Translations under genes and position numbers: made by a program
Assembly: GCA_965248535.1 (NCBI GenBank)
Contig: CBDFJR010000002.1
Span: forward strand, 928,001-992,000
Length of the DNA stretch: 64,000 nucleotides
Direction of reading: 5' to 3'
Source of the DNA: Phormidesmis sp.
GTDB lineage: Bacteria; Cyanobacteriota; Cyanobacteriia; Leptolyngbyales; Leptolyngbyaceae
Shown: piece by piece, positions 39,913 to 50,523 of the stretch
Layout: every line of letters begins with the position of its first letter
How positions within the stretch are numbered: the first letter of the stretch is position 1
Notes under the pieces: model-generated
The model's database searches: none
What the model saw: the letters and a program-made list of their open reading frames with translations, nothing else
Told to the model about the DNA's origin: nothing

Positions 39913-40863
39913 ATGCGTGACCTCTACCCTGCGATCGCTCCCTATCAGTCGGGCGCGCTGCGGGTTTCTGACCTGCACACGATTTATTTTGAGCAATCGG
40001 GCAATCCCGACGGTAAGCCCGTAGTGTTTTTGCATGGCGGGCCCGGCGGCGGTAGTTTGCCCGTGTTTCGGCAATATTTTGACCCAGCAAAGTGGCGAAT
40101 TGTGATCTTCGATCAGCGAGGCTGTGGTCGCAGCACGCCTCATGCCGAACTGCGAGAGAACACCACCTGGGATCTGGTGAGGGATATTGAGGCCCTCCGA
40201 TCGCACCTGCAAATCTCTCAATGGGTCGTGTCTGGGGGCAGTTGGGGCAGCACCTTATCGCTGGTCTATAGTCAAACTCACCCCGATCGCTGTCTGGGTC
40301 TAATTTTGCGAGGCATTTTTTTGCTGCGTCAACAGGAAATTCTGTGGTTTTATCAAGAAGGTGCGAGTCGTCTCTTTCCTGATGCCTGGGAAGACTATCT
40401 CCAGCCGATTCCGGTCGAAGAACGCAGTGATTTACTGTCGGCGTTTTATCGTCGTCTAACCAGCGAGGATGCCCAAACTCGTCAGATCGCGGCCCGGGCC
40501 TGGTCAGTCTGGGAAGGCAGCACGAGTAAGCTGATTCCCGACCCAGAACTGCAAAGTCGATTTGCCAATGCTGGGTTTGCCGATGCCTTTGCGCGCATTG
40601 AGTGCCATTACTTCATCAATCGGGGCTTTTTTGAGCAAGACAATCAGCTTTTAGACCACTGCGATCGCATTCAATCTGTGCCGACGGTGATCGTGCAGGG
40701 TCGCTATGATGTCGTCTGCCCGATGTCTTCAGCGTGGGATCTGCACAAAGCCTTGCCCCATGCCGAGTTAATCGTAGTTCCCGATGCGGGACACTCCATG
40801 ATGGAGCCGGGCATTCGCAGCGCTTTGATCGAAACCAGCGATCGCTTCGCCCGTGATTTTTAG
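39913..40863 (+). CDS. pip: Proline iminopeptidase
   Basis: FLHGGPGGG, FDQRGCGRS, GGSWGSTL, QGRYDVVCP, DAGHS. Confidence 0.95.
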   Translation: MRDLYPAIAPYQSGALRVSDLHTIYFEQSGNPDGKPVVFLHGGPGGGSLPVFRQYFDPAKWRIVIFDQRGCGRSTPHAELRENTTWDLVRDIEALRSHLQISQWVVSGGSWGSTLSLVYSQTHPDRCLGLILRGIFLLRQQEILWFYQEGASRLFPDAWEDYLQPIPVEERSDLLSAFYRRLTSEDAQTRQIAARAWSVWEGSTSKLIPDPELQSRFANAGFADAFARIECHYFINRGFFEQDNQLLDHCDRIQSVPTVIVQGRYDVVCPMSSAWDLHKALPHAELIVVPDAGHSMMEPGIRSALIETSDRFARDF

Positions 40864-41022
40864 CCCAAAATCTGACCTTCTGACCCTCTTTTCTCCCGTC
40901 CCATAAGTATAAGTAGATTAAACAGGCGAGATTTATTACGAATCCCGTTCACCCCAGAGGTGGATTGTAGGTTTTAATTCATAAGTTTTCCCGTAGTATC
41001 AGAATTGGAACTGACTTACTAA

Positions 41023-41403
<381 letters not shown>

Positions 41404-41413
41404 ATCCTTTCTC

Positions 41414-41459
41414 CCCAGATAGAGAGCCTTGTTGATGTTCACAGGCGCTTTATCTGGGG
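41414..41459 (+). terminator. Stem-loop after petF
   Basis: CCCCAGATA...TATCTGGGG inverted repeat with an inner GCCT..AGGC stem. Confidence 0.5.
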
Positions 41460-41490
41460 CAACGTTTAACTGCCATTATTTTTCAGATTA

Positions 41491-42366
41491 ATGCTAGAGC
41501 CTGGAACGCTGTGGGCACGGGTGATCAAACAAACGCGGCACGCTCTAGACTGTGGGGCGTTGCGCCCAATTCCGACTAACTATGAAATTGTCGAGCAAGA
41601 CGGGGCGCATTTCTTAGTGCGAATCTTGGCAAACCTGACGCGCAAAGAGCGCGCTAACCAACAGCAAGCCCAAATAGCCGCCGTGACGGGCGAAGCGCTC
41701 AATCCTTTTTTGCCTTATGAAACAGATCTGTTTGTGGCTGATCTATCAGAGACTCATGTGTGTTTGCTAAATAAATTCAACGTGGTTGACTATCACTTGT
41801 TGATTATCACGCGATCGTTTGAAGAGCAAGAAAGTTTATTGACGCTGCAAGATTTTTTAGCCCTGTGGACGTGCTTAAAGGAATATGACGGATTAGCATT
41901 TTATAATGCTGGAAAGAATGCAGGCGCAAGTCAACGCCACAAACATTTGCAACTGATTCCATTGCCTTTGTTATCAGGAACTGAGATCGCCATTGACACT
42001 TGGTTAGCTTCAGCCGAGTTTGAGGGCGCGATCGCCACCATTCCACAGTGGCCCTTTGCCCATGGGCTGATGCGGTTAGAGTCTGGTGAGATGTTGCCGA
42101 GCCAAGCGGCCGAGGCGACGATCGCGGGTTATCACACGCTGCTAGAGCGGCTAAAGTTAAGCGCCGGATCTGCCTATAATCTGTTGGCGACGCGAGAATG
42201 GCTCTTGGTGGTGCCGCGATCGCAAGAAAGTTTTGAGTCGATATCCGTCAATTCTCTCGGCTTTGCAGGCAGTTTGTTTGTGCGTGATCAGGCGCAGATG
42301 CAGCATCTCAAAGATCAGCGACCGATGACAATTTTGACTCAGGTGGCCGTGCCCCGCGATCGCTAG
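41491..42366 (+). CDS. ATP adenylyltransferase (Ap4A phosphorylase, HIT-like)
   Basis: NPFLPYE, LLNKFNVVDYHLLI, GASQRHKHLQ, SVNSLGFAG. Confidence 0.9.
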   Translation: MLEPGTLWARVIKQTRHALDCGALRPIPTNYEIVEQDGAHFLVRILANLTRKERANQQQAQIAAVTGEALNPFLPYETDLFVADLSETHVCLLNKFNVVDYHLLIITRSFEEQESLLTLQDFLALWTCLKEYDGLAFYNAGKNAGASQRHKHLQLIPLPLLSGTEIAIDTWLASAEFEGAIATIPQWPFAHGLMRLESGEMLPSQAAEATIAGYHTLLERLKLSAGSAYNLLATREWLLVVPRSQESFESISVNSLGFAGSLFVRDQAQMQHLKDQRPMTILTQVAVPRDR

Positions 42367-42532
42367 GCAAGGTGATGCCGCAAACACAGACGTGCATTCA
42401 CGAGAAAAATCTGAAGGATCAGGGCAAGCTATGACTGGACAGGCGCTAAATTAATCCCATCGGAACTTTCTTAAGTTCTGTGCATTCAGGTATTATGGCG
42501 CAAGCTTTCTGACTTTCCTCTATCCACTTTCT

Positions 42533-43225
42533 ATGATTAAAAACTTCAAGACTAGTTTGGTGGCGCTTGTGTCTTTGCTTGGGCTGTTGGGGTTGGTCAA
42601 TCAGGTCTCGATCGCCCAGATGAAGCCAGACAAACTGGGCGAATTAGACTGGTGGCGATCGAAGGTGAAAGCACAAGCGCAATCTAGTCAGAGTCAGCGA
42701 TTTCACGGCTGTCTGTTTGGAGATTCGATTTCGTCGGGGTTGGGCAACCCGCTCAACAAAAATATTGCCAATTTTGCGATGGGCGGCTTAAGCACCGTGT
42801 CGCTGTTAGAGCAGCTAAAAACCCTTAAAGCCTCAAACGTGCAGTGCCAAAATGTGATGATCGCGATCGGCACTAACGATGCCTGGTATGCGATTCGCAA
42901 TGATGAGTTTGTGAGCAATCTCGAACGCATTGTGGTGCTGACTCGATCGATGGGAGCTAGCCAAATTACGGTGGTTCCTGCGTTTTATTCGACGGTGGAG
43001 GCGAGTCATAACCCTAATGTGGCGGGCACTGTGGAACGGGTCGAAGAAATTAATGCGCTAATCCGGCAGGTGGCCGATGTTGAAAATGTCGGGCTGGTGA
43101 CGGATGAAATTGATCCGTTGTTTGCCGATCGGAGTTTGCGACAAGACCTGACCTTCGATGGGGTTCACCTCAATGAAAAGGGTCAAAAGCTTTATAAGAG
43201 AATCGTTTTAAATATTCTCAATTAG
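42533..43225 (+). CDS. SGNH/GDSL hydrolase, exported
   Basis: Signal peptide; FGDSIS, IGTND, DGVHL blocks. Confidence 0.88.
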   Translation: MIKNFKTSLVALVSLLGLLGLVNQVSIAQMKPDKLGELDWWRSKVKAQAQSSQSQRFHGCLFGDSISSGLGNPLNKNIANFAMGGLSTVSLLEQLKTLKASNVQCQNVMIAIGTNDAWYAIRNDEFVSNLERIVVLTRSMGASQITVVPAFYSTVEASHNPNVAGTVERVEEINALIRQVADVENVGLVTDEIDPLFADRSLRQDLTFDGVHLNEKGQKLYKRIVLNILN

Positions 43226-43280
43226 TACCGTGCCCAGACGTATCGCGGATTGGAGACGATCACGAATCCCTAAAATCCAC

Positions 43281-43712
43281 TCACGGATGGTCATAATAAT
43301 TTGGCTCACTTTGAGGCGAAGCCAGACTGACCGTTGTTGACGGGAAAACGGATGGCTGCGATCGCTGAGGCCCGCTAAAACCCAGCAAGCGATCGGCATC
43401 TCGCAGATAGGTGACAGCAGAGCGAAGATCAGGCTGTTTTTGCCAGTCAGCCCGCGTGACGCGAACGTAGAGAATCGGAGCGGTGAGTCCTTCGCGTTCT
43501 GCTAAAATTCTCATCTCGACAACCGTCGTTGATGGGCTAGAAAACCCCTGTTTGACGAGCCGCTCTGCGATCGATTTAGCTTGCTCAATCAGCCCGCTAA
43601 ACGACTGGTTAGCATCAGACATGAGAGTATAGTCTAGTTGCCTAGTTTCAGCACAAGCTGGAGCAACAAAACTCGACAAAAGCATTCCCACCAATAGCAG
43701 CTTGATACGCAT
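43281..43712 (-). CDS. Hypothetical exported protein
   Basis: Signal peptide MRIKLLLVGMLLSSFVAPACA; start at 43712 preferred over 43790. Confidence 0.6.
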   Translation of the reverse strand: MRIKLLLVGMLLSSFVAPACAETRQLDYTLMSDANQSFSGLIEQAKSIAERLVKQGFSSPSTTVVEMRILAEREGLTAPILYVRVTRADWQKQPDLRSAVTYLRDADRLLGFSGPQRSQPSVFPSTTVSLASPQSEPNYYDHP

Positions 43713-43841
43713 TGCTGAAGACTTACTGAGATTTCTGTGGTCATTAGCTACCGTATCATTGGTGATTTGTTTCTCCGTGTTGTCTGGCATACATAGATTG
43801 CTTTAGTCAAGATTAATCAGATCGCTCTCACACTAGTTGAA

Positions 43842-45026
43842 ATGAATCGAACTTTTTGGATTACGGCTCTCGTTGCGTTTATCAATGCTCTCAGCTTGAC
43901 GATTCTGATTCCCGTTCTTTATTTATATGGCAGACAGTTTGGTTTAAATGATTTTCAGACGAGTTTATTGTTTTCGATCTATGCGATCGCTCAATTTTTT
44001 GCCACGCCGATTATTGGCAAACTCTCCGATCGGTTTGGGCGCAAACCCCTACTAATCATCAGTCTCGCGGGAACGGTGATCGCCAATCTGATCGCTGGCA
44101 CGGCGACCACGGCCAGCGTTTTATTCATCGCCCGATTTTTAGACGGCATCACGGGGGGCAACGCATCGGTTGCTCAAGCGATCATCTCAGATGTGACGAC
44201 TCCGGCTAACCGGGCCAAAGGGTTTGGAATTTTTGGGGCAGCGTTTGGTCTAGGGTTTGTGTTGGGCCCGGCGACGAGTCTGTTTGCCCAACAGATTTCT
44301 CTCGGAGCGGCGTTTTTGGTGTCTAGCGCGATCGCGCTGATTGCCCTGCTGATCACCTTCTTTTTTCTACCCGAAACGCTGCCCCAGAGAGCGGCGCGAT
44401 CAACCAATATTTTTGATCTCGGTTTAGAAAATCTAATCAAAGGATTGACCATTCCTAGAGTCGGCATTCTGCTAATCATTAACTTTTTTATTGGCACAAC
44501 GTTTACGATCTTTACCTATGCCTTTCAGCCTTATTTTTTGCATGTGCTCAATCAAGATAATCGTGCTCTGACGATGATGTTTTTTCTATTTGGCGTACTG
44601 GGTGTAATCATGCAAACCTGGGGCGTTTCAGTGCTTAATCGCAGATTTAATCTAGTAAGCATTTTGCTGTTTGCGTTGTTTATCCGCAGCTTATCGTTTG
44701 TGTTAATGCCAATATGGGCAAATATTTCCTATTTTGTGATTGTGAGCGTTCTCTTTTCTCTTTTTAATTCGTTAGTTCAGCCGATGATTAACACCTTGAT
44801 CTCGTTGAATTCTAATCCTCAAGATCAGGGCACCGTGATGGGAATTAACTCATCCTATCTAGGCGTTTCAAATGCCTTTGGGCCGGTGATCGCAGGGCTG
44901 ATCGTCAATCAAAATCACCCGGAGACCTATCGTTATCCTCTATATCTAGCGGGAGTTTTGACCTCGATCGTGCTGGTGGTTGCGATCGTCACTCGCCGCC
45001 GCTATGCCCCGATCGTGACTGAATAA
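43842..45026 (+). CDS. MFS transporter (TetA/DHA1-like)
   Basis: GKLSDRFGRKP motif A, ARFLDGITGG, GAAFGLGFVLGP. Confidence 0.9.
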   Translation: MNRTFWITALVAFINALSLTILIPVLYLYGRQFGLNDFQTSLLFSIYAIAQFFATPIIGKLSDRFGRKPLLIISLAGTVIANLIAGTATTASVLFIARFLDGITGGNASVAQAIISDVTTPANRAKGFGIFGAAFGLGFVLGPATSLFAQQISLGAAFLVSSAIALIALLITFFFLPETLPQRAARSTNIFDLGLENLIKGLTIPRVGILLIINFFIGTTFTIFTYAFQPYFLHVLNQDNRALTMMFFLFGVLGVIMQTWGVSVLNRRFNLVSILLFALFIRSLSFVLMPIWANISYFVIVSVLFSLFNSLVQPMINTLISLNSNPQDQGTVMGINSSYLGVSNAFGPVIAGLIVNQNHPETYRYPLYLAGVLTSIVLVVAIVTRRRYAPIVTE

Positions 45027-45184
45027 TCTGATTACTGTGAACTTAAGTGAAGCTGAAACGAGAAGCTGAAACAAACGGTAACATTTGCTAGCCCCGATTG
45101 CCCCAGAATAATTTTCGCCCTCAGTTTTGCTTTACAATTTTGGCAACTCTTCCCAGTTTTTCAACCTCTACACCCGAAAGTCTT

Positions 45185-46774
45185 ATGAGCATTGGATATG
45201 TTGCCCTCGTTTTGCACGCCCACTTGCCCTTCGTTCGTCACCCCGAAAGTGATTATGTGCTAGAGGAAGAATGGCTTTATGAAGCTATTACAGAAACCTA
45301 TATCCCCCTGCTGCAAGTCTTTGAAGGTTTAATTCGCGATGGTGTAGACTTCAAACTCACCATGAGCATGACTCCGCCGCTGGTGTCGATGTTGCTCGAT
45401 CCACTGTTGCAAGACCGCTATGATGCCCACCTCGCGCAGCTTGAAGAACTCGCCGAGATGGAAATCGATCGCCACGCCCACAACGGGCACATGAAATATC
45501 TGGCAGAACACAATGCCAGAGAGTTCAACGCTGTGCGCGTTTTTTGGGAGAAACACGATCGCAACCTCGTCAAAGCGTTCAAACAATATCTCGACAGCGG
45601 CAACCTAGAGATCATCACCTGCGGCGCAACTCACGGCTATCTGCCGTTGATGAAAATGTATCCACAGGCGGTGTGGGCCCAGATTCAAGTAGCCTGTGAG
45701 CATTACGAAAAGACTTTCGATCGCCCCGCTAACGGCATTTGGTTGCCAGAATGCGCCTACTATGAGGGGGTCGATCGCATGTTGGCCGATGCCGGGCTGC
45801 GCTACTTTCTCACCGACGGCCACGGCATTCTCTACGCCCGGCCCCGGCCCCGGTTTGGCACCTACGCCCCGATCTTCACCGAAGCCGGAGTTGCCGCGTT
45901 TGGTCGTGATCATGAATCGTCTCAGCAGGTTTGGTCGTCAGAAGTCGGTTACCCCGGTGCTGCCGAATATCGAGAGTTTTATCGCGATTTAGGCTGGGAT
46001 GCCGAATATGACTACATCAAGCCCTACGTCATGCCCAACGGTCAGCGCAAAAATGTAGGCATCAAATATCACAAAATCACGGGCAAAGGGCTAGGGCTAT
46101 CTGACAAACAACTCTACGATCCCTATTGGGCTAAAGAAAAGACAGCCGAACACGCCGCCAACTTTGCCTACAACCGAGAGCGGCAAGTTGAGCACTTGCA
46201 CGACATTATGCAGCGCCCGCCGATCATTGTCTCGCCCTATGATGCCGAGCTATTTGGGCATTGGTGGTATGAAGGCCCGTGGTTTATCGACTATTTGTTC
46301 CGCAAGTCGTGGTTTGACCAAGGCACCTATGATATGACGCACCTAGCCGACTATCTCAAAGCCGAGCCGACGCAGCAGGTCTGCCGCCCATCTCAGTCGA
46401 GTTGGGGCTATAAGGGCTTTCATGAATATTGGCTCAACGAGACCAATGCCTGGATTTACCCTCACCTGCACAAAGCCGCCGAGCGAATGATCGAGCTTTC
46501 TAAAAAAGAACCAGAAGATGAATTAAGCTGGCGGGCGCTCAACCAAGCCGCGAGAGAAGTGCTGTTGGCACAATCATCTGACTGGGCATTTATTATGCGA
46601 ACTGGAACGATGGTGCCCTACGCGATTCGCCGGACACGATCGCACCTGATGCGCTTCAACAAACTCTATGAAGACATTAACCAAGGCAAAATCGATTCGG
46701 GCTGGATTGAAAAAGTCGAAGCGATCGACAACATCTTCCCTGACATCAACTATCGCGTCTACCGTCCGCTTTAA
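45185..46774 (+). CDS. GH57 glycoside hydrolase / glycogen branching enzyme (DUF1957)
   Basis: LVLHAHLPFVRH, GIWLPECAY, PYDAELFGHWWYEG, LAQSSDWAF; start ATG 45185. Confidence 0.92.
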   Translation: MSIGYVALVLHAHLPFVRHPESDYVLEEEWLYEAITETYIPLLQVFEGLIRDGVDFKLTMSMTPPLVSMLLDPLLQDRYDAHLAQLEELAEMEIDRHAHNGHMKYLAEHNAREFNAVRVFWEKHDRNLVKAFKQYLDSGNLEIITCGATHGYLPLMKMYPQAVWAQIQVACEHYEKTFDRPANGIWLPECAYYEGVDRMLADAGLRYFLTDGHGILYARPRPRFGTYAPIFTEAGVAAFGRDHESSQQVWSSEVGYPGAAEYREFYRDLGWDAEYDYIKPYVMPNGQRKNVGIKYHKITGKGLGLSDKQLYDPYWAKEKTAEHAANFAYNRERQVEHLHDIMQRPPIIVSPYDAELFGHWWYEGPWFIDYLFRKSWFDQGTYDMTHLADYLKAEPTQQVCRPSQSSWGYKGFHEYWLNETNAWIYPHLHKAAERMIELSKKEPEDELSWRALNQAAREVLLAQSSDWAFIMRTGTMVPYAIRRTRSHLMRFNKLYEDINQGKIDSGWIEKVEAIDNIFPDINYRVYRPL

Positions 46775-46805
46775 ACTAGAAACCTCAGACTAAGAATCGG
46801 TTAGC

Positions 46806-46866
46806 TAACGGTTAGTGATTAGAAAAAAGTATTCTGGATACAAAGACTACTAATCGCTAACCGTTA
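46806..46866. terminator. Long inverted repeat between convergent genes
   Basis: TAACGGTTAGTGATTAG...CTAATCGCTAACCGTTA. Confidence 0.55.
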
Positions 46867-46870
46867 ATTT

Positions 46871-47149
46871 TTATCGCGCTATGGTGTTTGCTAACGCAAA
46901 GGTCGCTAACACGCCCAAAACATGACCAAAACTCATCGAAGCTAAAAATCCTGCAACGCTAATGTCATTAAACAATAATTTTGAGAAAGGCAGCGGCATC
47001 TTAGCTCCCGTATGGGGATAGTTAATGGTGCGGCTAGCAATCAATAAAACCAGCAGGCAGGCCCCAATCATGATGGGAGTGCCTTCCCAGTGCCAAAGCA
47101 GAGTGCCAGGAATCCCGAATTGAGCCACAAAAAATAGAGAATTGATCAC
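46871..47149 (-). CDS. psaK: Photosystem I subunit PsaK (divergent)
   Basis: Two TMs; I.YP..G.KMPLP and FLASMSFGHVLG motifs. Confidence 0.75.
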   Translation of the reverse strand: MINSLFFVAQFGIPGTLLWHWEGTPIMIGACLLVLLIASRTINYPHTGAKMPLPFSKLLFNDISVAGFLASMSFGHVLGVLATFALANTIAR

Positions 47150-47301
47150 AACAAATGTCCTTTTTTGGATGTGGTGTTCTCTAAGATTGTTCCGCGATCG
47201 CTGAGATTTAGCCTCCTTCTAGTGTGAGACACTGACTCTAACTAGCGAAAGATTTTTGATGGTGAGCTTGGCGAGGGAACCCGATCGCCAAGCTGAACCA
47301 T

Positions 47302-48459
47302 TCATCTGGGATCGACGATCGAGATTTTAGGACTAGCGTCGCGTCGCTTTAACACCAGTGAACTGAGTAGCCCGATCGCTACAATCCCTATCGCCGCACC
47401 CGGCTCAGGAACTTTGATCGCTGTATAGGTGATTCCGATCGGGCGATTTAAGGCTTTAGTCTGTGACACATAAACTGCACTAGAGTTGCCAGCAGACGGC
47501 AGCGGCACCCCCGTTAAGCCGTCATAGCGCAGAATTGTACCTTGGTTAGTCTTCTGGTCAAACCCAACACTATAGAGCTTTCCACCTGGGTCAAAGGTCA
47601 GGTTGCCGATAAAGCTGGTGCTTGGAACCACCCCCGTGTAATTGGTGGAGAGTGTTTGTTTAATGGCTCCACTAGACCCGTCATAGCGGCGAATGTCATT
47701 GGCAAAATCACTCACAAACAAGTCACCTTGAGGGCCCGTAGCTAACCCCAAAAAGCTCACAAACCCAAAGCTGTCAGGTGAAGGAGTCGGCTGATCTACC
47801 AAAACTGACGACGCACCTGTGGCGAGGTCATAGCTTAAAACTTGACTAGCAAACCCACCGCTAAAATCTGCCTGAAATGAACCAGGTTTAGCAGCGTCAG
47901 AAATCGCCACACTGCCCTGGGTGGTCACTAGCAGCCGCCCATCTTGGGTAAATAACAGATCGTTGGGACCGTTAAGCTGCCCTGATTTGCGGGCAGAGGG
48001 TGGAATGTTTTTAGCAGAGGCAAACACATCGATAAAGGCACCTGTCTTGCCGTTATAGCGCAAAATCTGGTCGGTCAAAAAGCTGCTCACATAGAGGTTG
48101 CCATCGGGCCCAAAGGCGTTGCCATAGGGACGAATCAAGCCCTCGCTAGCAAACTTGTCGATAAAGCTGCCCGTTTTGCCGTCATAGCGCAAAATTTCGC
48201 CTGTTGAATTGCTGCCACTGCTGATATAGAGGTTGCCATCGGGGCCAAAGGTGAGATCATCGGGGTCGAGCAATCCGCCGACTTTAGGAGCAATAAAATC
48301 GCCTCTAAAGTTTCCAGCATCGTCATAGATCACCACATTGTTGCCTCTGGTGTTGCCCACCAAAAGGGCCGCATCAGCCTGGGCGATCGCTCCTACACTG
48401 ACTATCGAGCTAATGCCCAAGCCGATCGTCGATCTCAAAAGCGGTAGACTAAGGTTCAT
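47302..48459 (-). CDS. PEP-CTERM-anchored beta-propeller (NHL/Vgb-like) protein
   Basis: Signal peptide; repeated TFGPDGNLYISS..ILRYDGKTG blades; C-terminal VPEP-TM-KRR. Confidence 0.85.
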   Translation of the reverse strand: MNLSLPLLRSTIGLGISSIVSVGAIAQADAALLVGNTRGNNVVIYDDAGNFRGDFIAPKVGGLLDPDDLTFGPDGNLYISSGSNSTGEILRYDGKTGSFIDKFASEGLIRPYGNAFGPDGNLYVSSFLTDQILRYNGKTGAFIDVFASAKNIPPSARKSGQLNGPNDLLFTQDGRLLVTTQGSVAISDAAKPGSFQADFSGGFASQVLSYDLATGASSVLVDQPTPSPDSFGFVSFLGLATGPQGDLFVSDFANDIRRYDGSSGAIKQTLSTNYTGVVPSTSFIGNLTFDPGGKLYSVGFDQKTNQGTILRYDGLTGVPLPSAGNSSAVYVSQTKALNRPIGITYTAIKVPEPGAAIGIVAIGLLSSLVLKRRDASPKISIVDPR

Positions 48460-48623
48460 AAAATCTTGACTAGTAGATGATCTGGAGATTCCTATTCTTA
48501 AGAAATTCTGAGGTGAGAAGTGTCTTCTCAGCTACAAAACATACTTAGATTCTCTGATTTTTAACAGTATTTTTACTTAAATTTTTGATAAAAGGAAAGT
48601 TCGTTTTGTGAAGATTAAATAAA

Positions 48624-49496
48624 GTGTACGATACAACTCGGTCTCTTCGCTCAGAGTTGACCCTCTGCGATCGCGCCTTTAGTTGGGGTCAACAAACCTA
48701 TTTGATGGGTGTTCTCAACGTCACCCCTGACAGCTTTAGCGATGGCGGACAGTTTGACACCCTAGACGCTGCCCTAGCTCAGGCTCACAAAATGGTCGCT
48801 GACGGAGCCGACTTTTTAGACATTGGGGGACAATCGACCCGACCCAATGCCGAACCTGTGACGCTTGTTGAAGAACTCGATCGGGTGATCCCTGTCGTTG
48901 AAACGTTGCGGCAGCGGTCAGAATTCTCCCAGGTGCCGATCTCAGTAGACACGACGCGATCGCAGGTGGCAACGGCCGCGATCGCCGCAGGGGCAGATCT
49001 GATCAACGATATCTCTGGCGCAACCTTTGATGCAGAAATGCTCTCGATCGTGGCCAAGCTCAAGGTGCCCATTATCTTAATGCACACTCGCGGCACTCCT
49101 AAAACCATGCAAACCCTCACTGAATATGGAGATCTGATCAGTGAACTTGTCGAATTTTTAGCAGCGCGGATTGACGCGGCGATCGCGGCAGGCATCGATC
49201 GCCGCCAAATCATCATTGATCCCGGCATCGGCTTTGCCAAAAAAACCGCGCAGAATTTAGAAATCCTGCGCCAGCTTCCTGCTTTTCAAGAGTTGGGGTG
49301 TCCGATTTTGGTTGGGGTGTCTCGCAAACGGTTTATCGGTCAGATTCTCAATCAGCCAGACCCGCAAGCTAGAGTCTGGGGCACGGCGGCAGCCTGCGTA
49401 AGCGCGATCGCCCAAGGCGCTGACATTTTACGAGTTCACGATGTAGCCGAAATGCACGACGTTTGCCGCGTTGCAGATGCCCTTTGGAGACCCTAA
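48624..49496 (+). CDS. folP: Dihydropteroate synthase
   Basis: MGVLNVTPDSFSDGG, DIGGQSTRP, IDPGIGFAK, SRKRF, LRVHDV. Confidence 0.96.
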   Translation: MYDTTRSLRSELTLCDRAFSWGQQTYLMGVLNVTPDSFSDGGQFDTLDAALAQAHKMVADGADFLDIGGQSTRPNAEPVTLVEELDRVIPVVETLRQRSEFSQVPISVDTTRSQVATAAIAAGADLINDISGATFDAEMLSIVAKLKVPIILMHTRGTPKTMQTLTEYGDLISELVEFLAARIDAAIAAGIDRRQIIIDPGIGFAKKTAQNLEILRQLPAFQELGCPILVGVSRKRFIGQILNQPDPQARVWGTAAACVSAIAQGADILRVHDVAEMHDVCRVADALWRP

Positions 49497-49500
49497 CCTA

Positions 49501-50316
49501 TCAATTTGTGCTGTTGCCTCCCGCAGAATTGCTCGACCCCGAATCAAATTCGTGGGGTCTAATCAAATCTGTGATCGCCTCATTCAAGGCTTTAGGATCC
49601 ATAAAGACGATTTTAGAATTATCACTCTTGCCAATTTCTAGACTGGCATTGACATAATCTCTGGCAACTAAATAACGCAAGACTTCCTGGGCGTTGGGTT
49701 GAGCCTGCAACGCTCGTGCCAGTTCTTCGATTGATTTCACCGTGGCTTCGGTTCTCGAAAGGGCAGCGTTTTTCTCACTCTTAGCAATCTGCTCTTGCTC
49801 TAGAGACGCTCTCAAAGCAGTAGACAGCGTGACAGCCTGCACCTCCACTCGAATCACCTCAATGCCCCATTCACGAGCCGCCTTATCTAGAGGCCTGCGA
49901 AGCTCAGAGTTAATTCTATCGGTCGATGAAATAGCTTCGGTCAGTGAGAGCCGACCGATTTCACCCCGCAGATTGGTGATCACGAGTTGCTTGAGGGCTT
50001 CCTCTAGATCTTCAACCGCATAGTAGGCTTTTTGAAGTTCTAAAATTCGCCAAAAAATAATGGCATCAATCTCGATCGGAACGTTGTCTTTAGTCAGCAC
50101 CTGCTGAGGGTCAATATCTAAAAGCTGTTCTCGAATCGTCTCGACTAAAACGGTGTCCATAAACGGGATCACAAAGTTGAGTCCCGGCTTTAAGGTGCGT
50201 TTGTATTGCCCTAATCGCTGCACCAAAGCTTCGTCACCCTGGTCAATGATTCTGACAGAACCAATCATGTATCCAAGAATAATCAGTGTGAATGCACCAA
50301 GTAGGGACTCAATCAT
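49501..50316 (-). CDS. SPFH/band 7 (stomatin-like) protein
   Basis: N-terminal TM; RLGQYKRTLKPGLNFVIPF, TKDNV, WGIEVIRVEV. Confidence 0.9.
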   Translation of the reverse strand: MIESLLGAFTLIILGYMIGSVRIIDQGDEALVQRLGQYKRTLKPGLNFVIPFMDTVLVETIREQLLDIDPQQVLTKDNVPIEIDAIIFWRILELQKAYYAVEDLEEALKQLVITNLRGEIGRLSLTEAISSTDRINSELRRPLDKAAREWGIEVIRVEVQAVTLSTALRASLEQEQIAKSEKNAALSRTEATVKSIEELARALQAQPNAQEVLRYLVARDYVNASLEIGKSDNSKIVFMDPKALNEAITDLIRPHEFDSGSSNSAGGNSTN

Positions 50317-50523
50317 ATGCGCGCTCCCGTTGAGCTTAATTAGAGACTAAAAAGAAAAGTGGAAGAATTTTGAGTGATCTTATTGAAAACAAGGACTCAT
50401 TTCGTCGCGATCGGGCAAAACCAGAGGTGATTTCTCTAACCGTACAACGCTATAACGTGCATTCTACAGACATTTTCGCGATTCAAAACTCTAAAATCAA
50501 AACTCTCACAGGTTTGTCATGAT

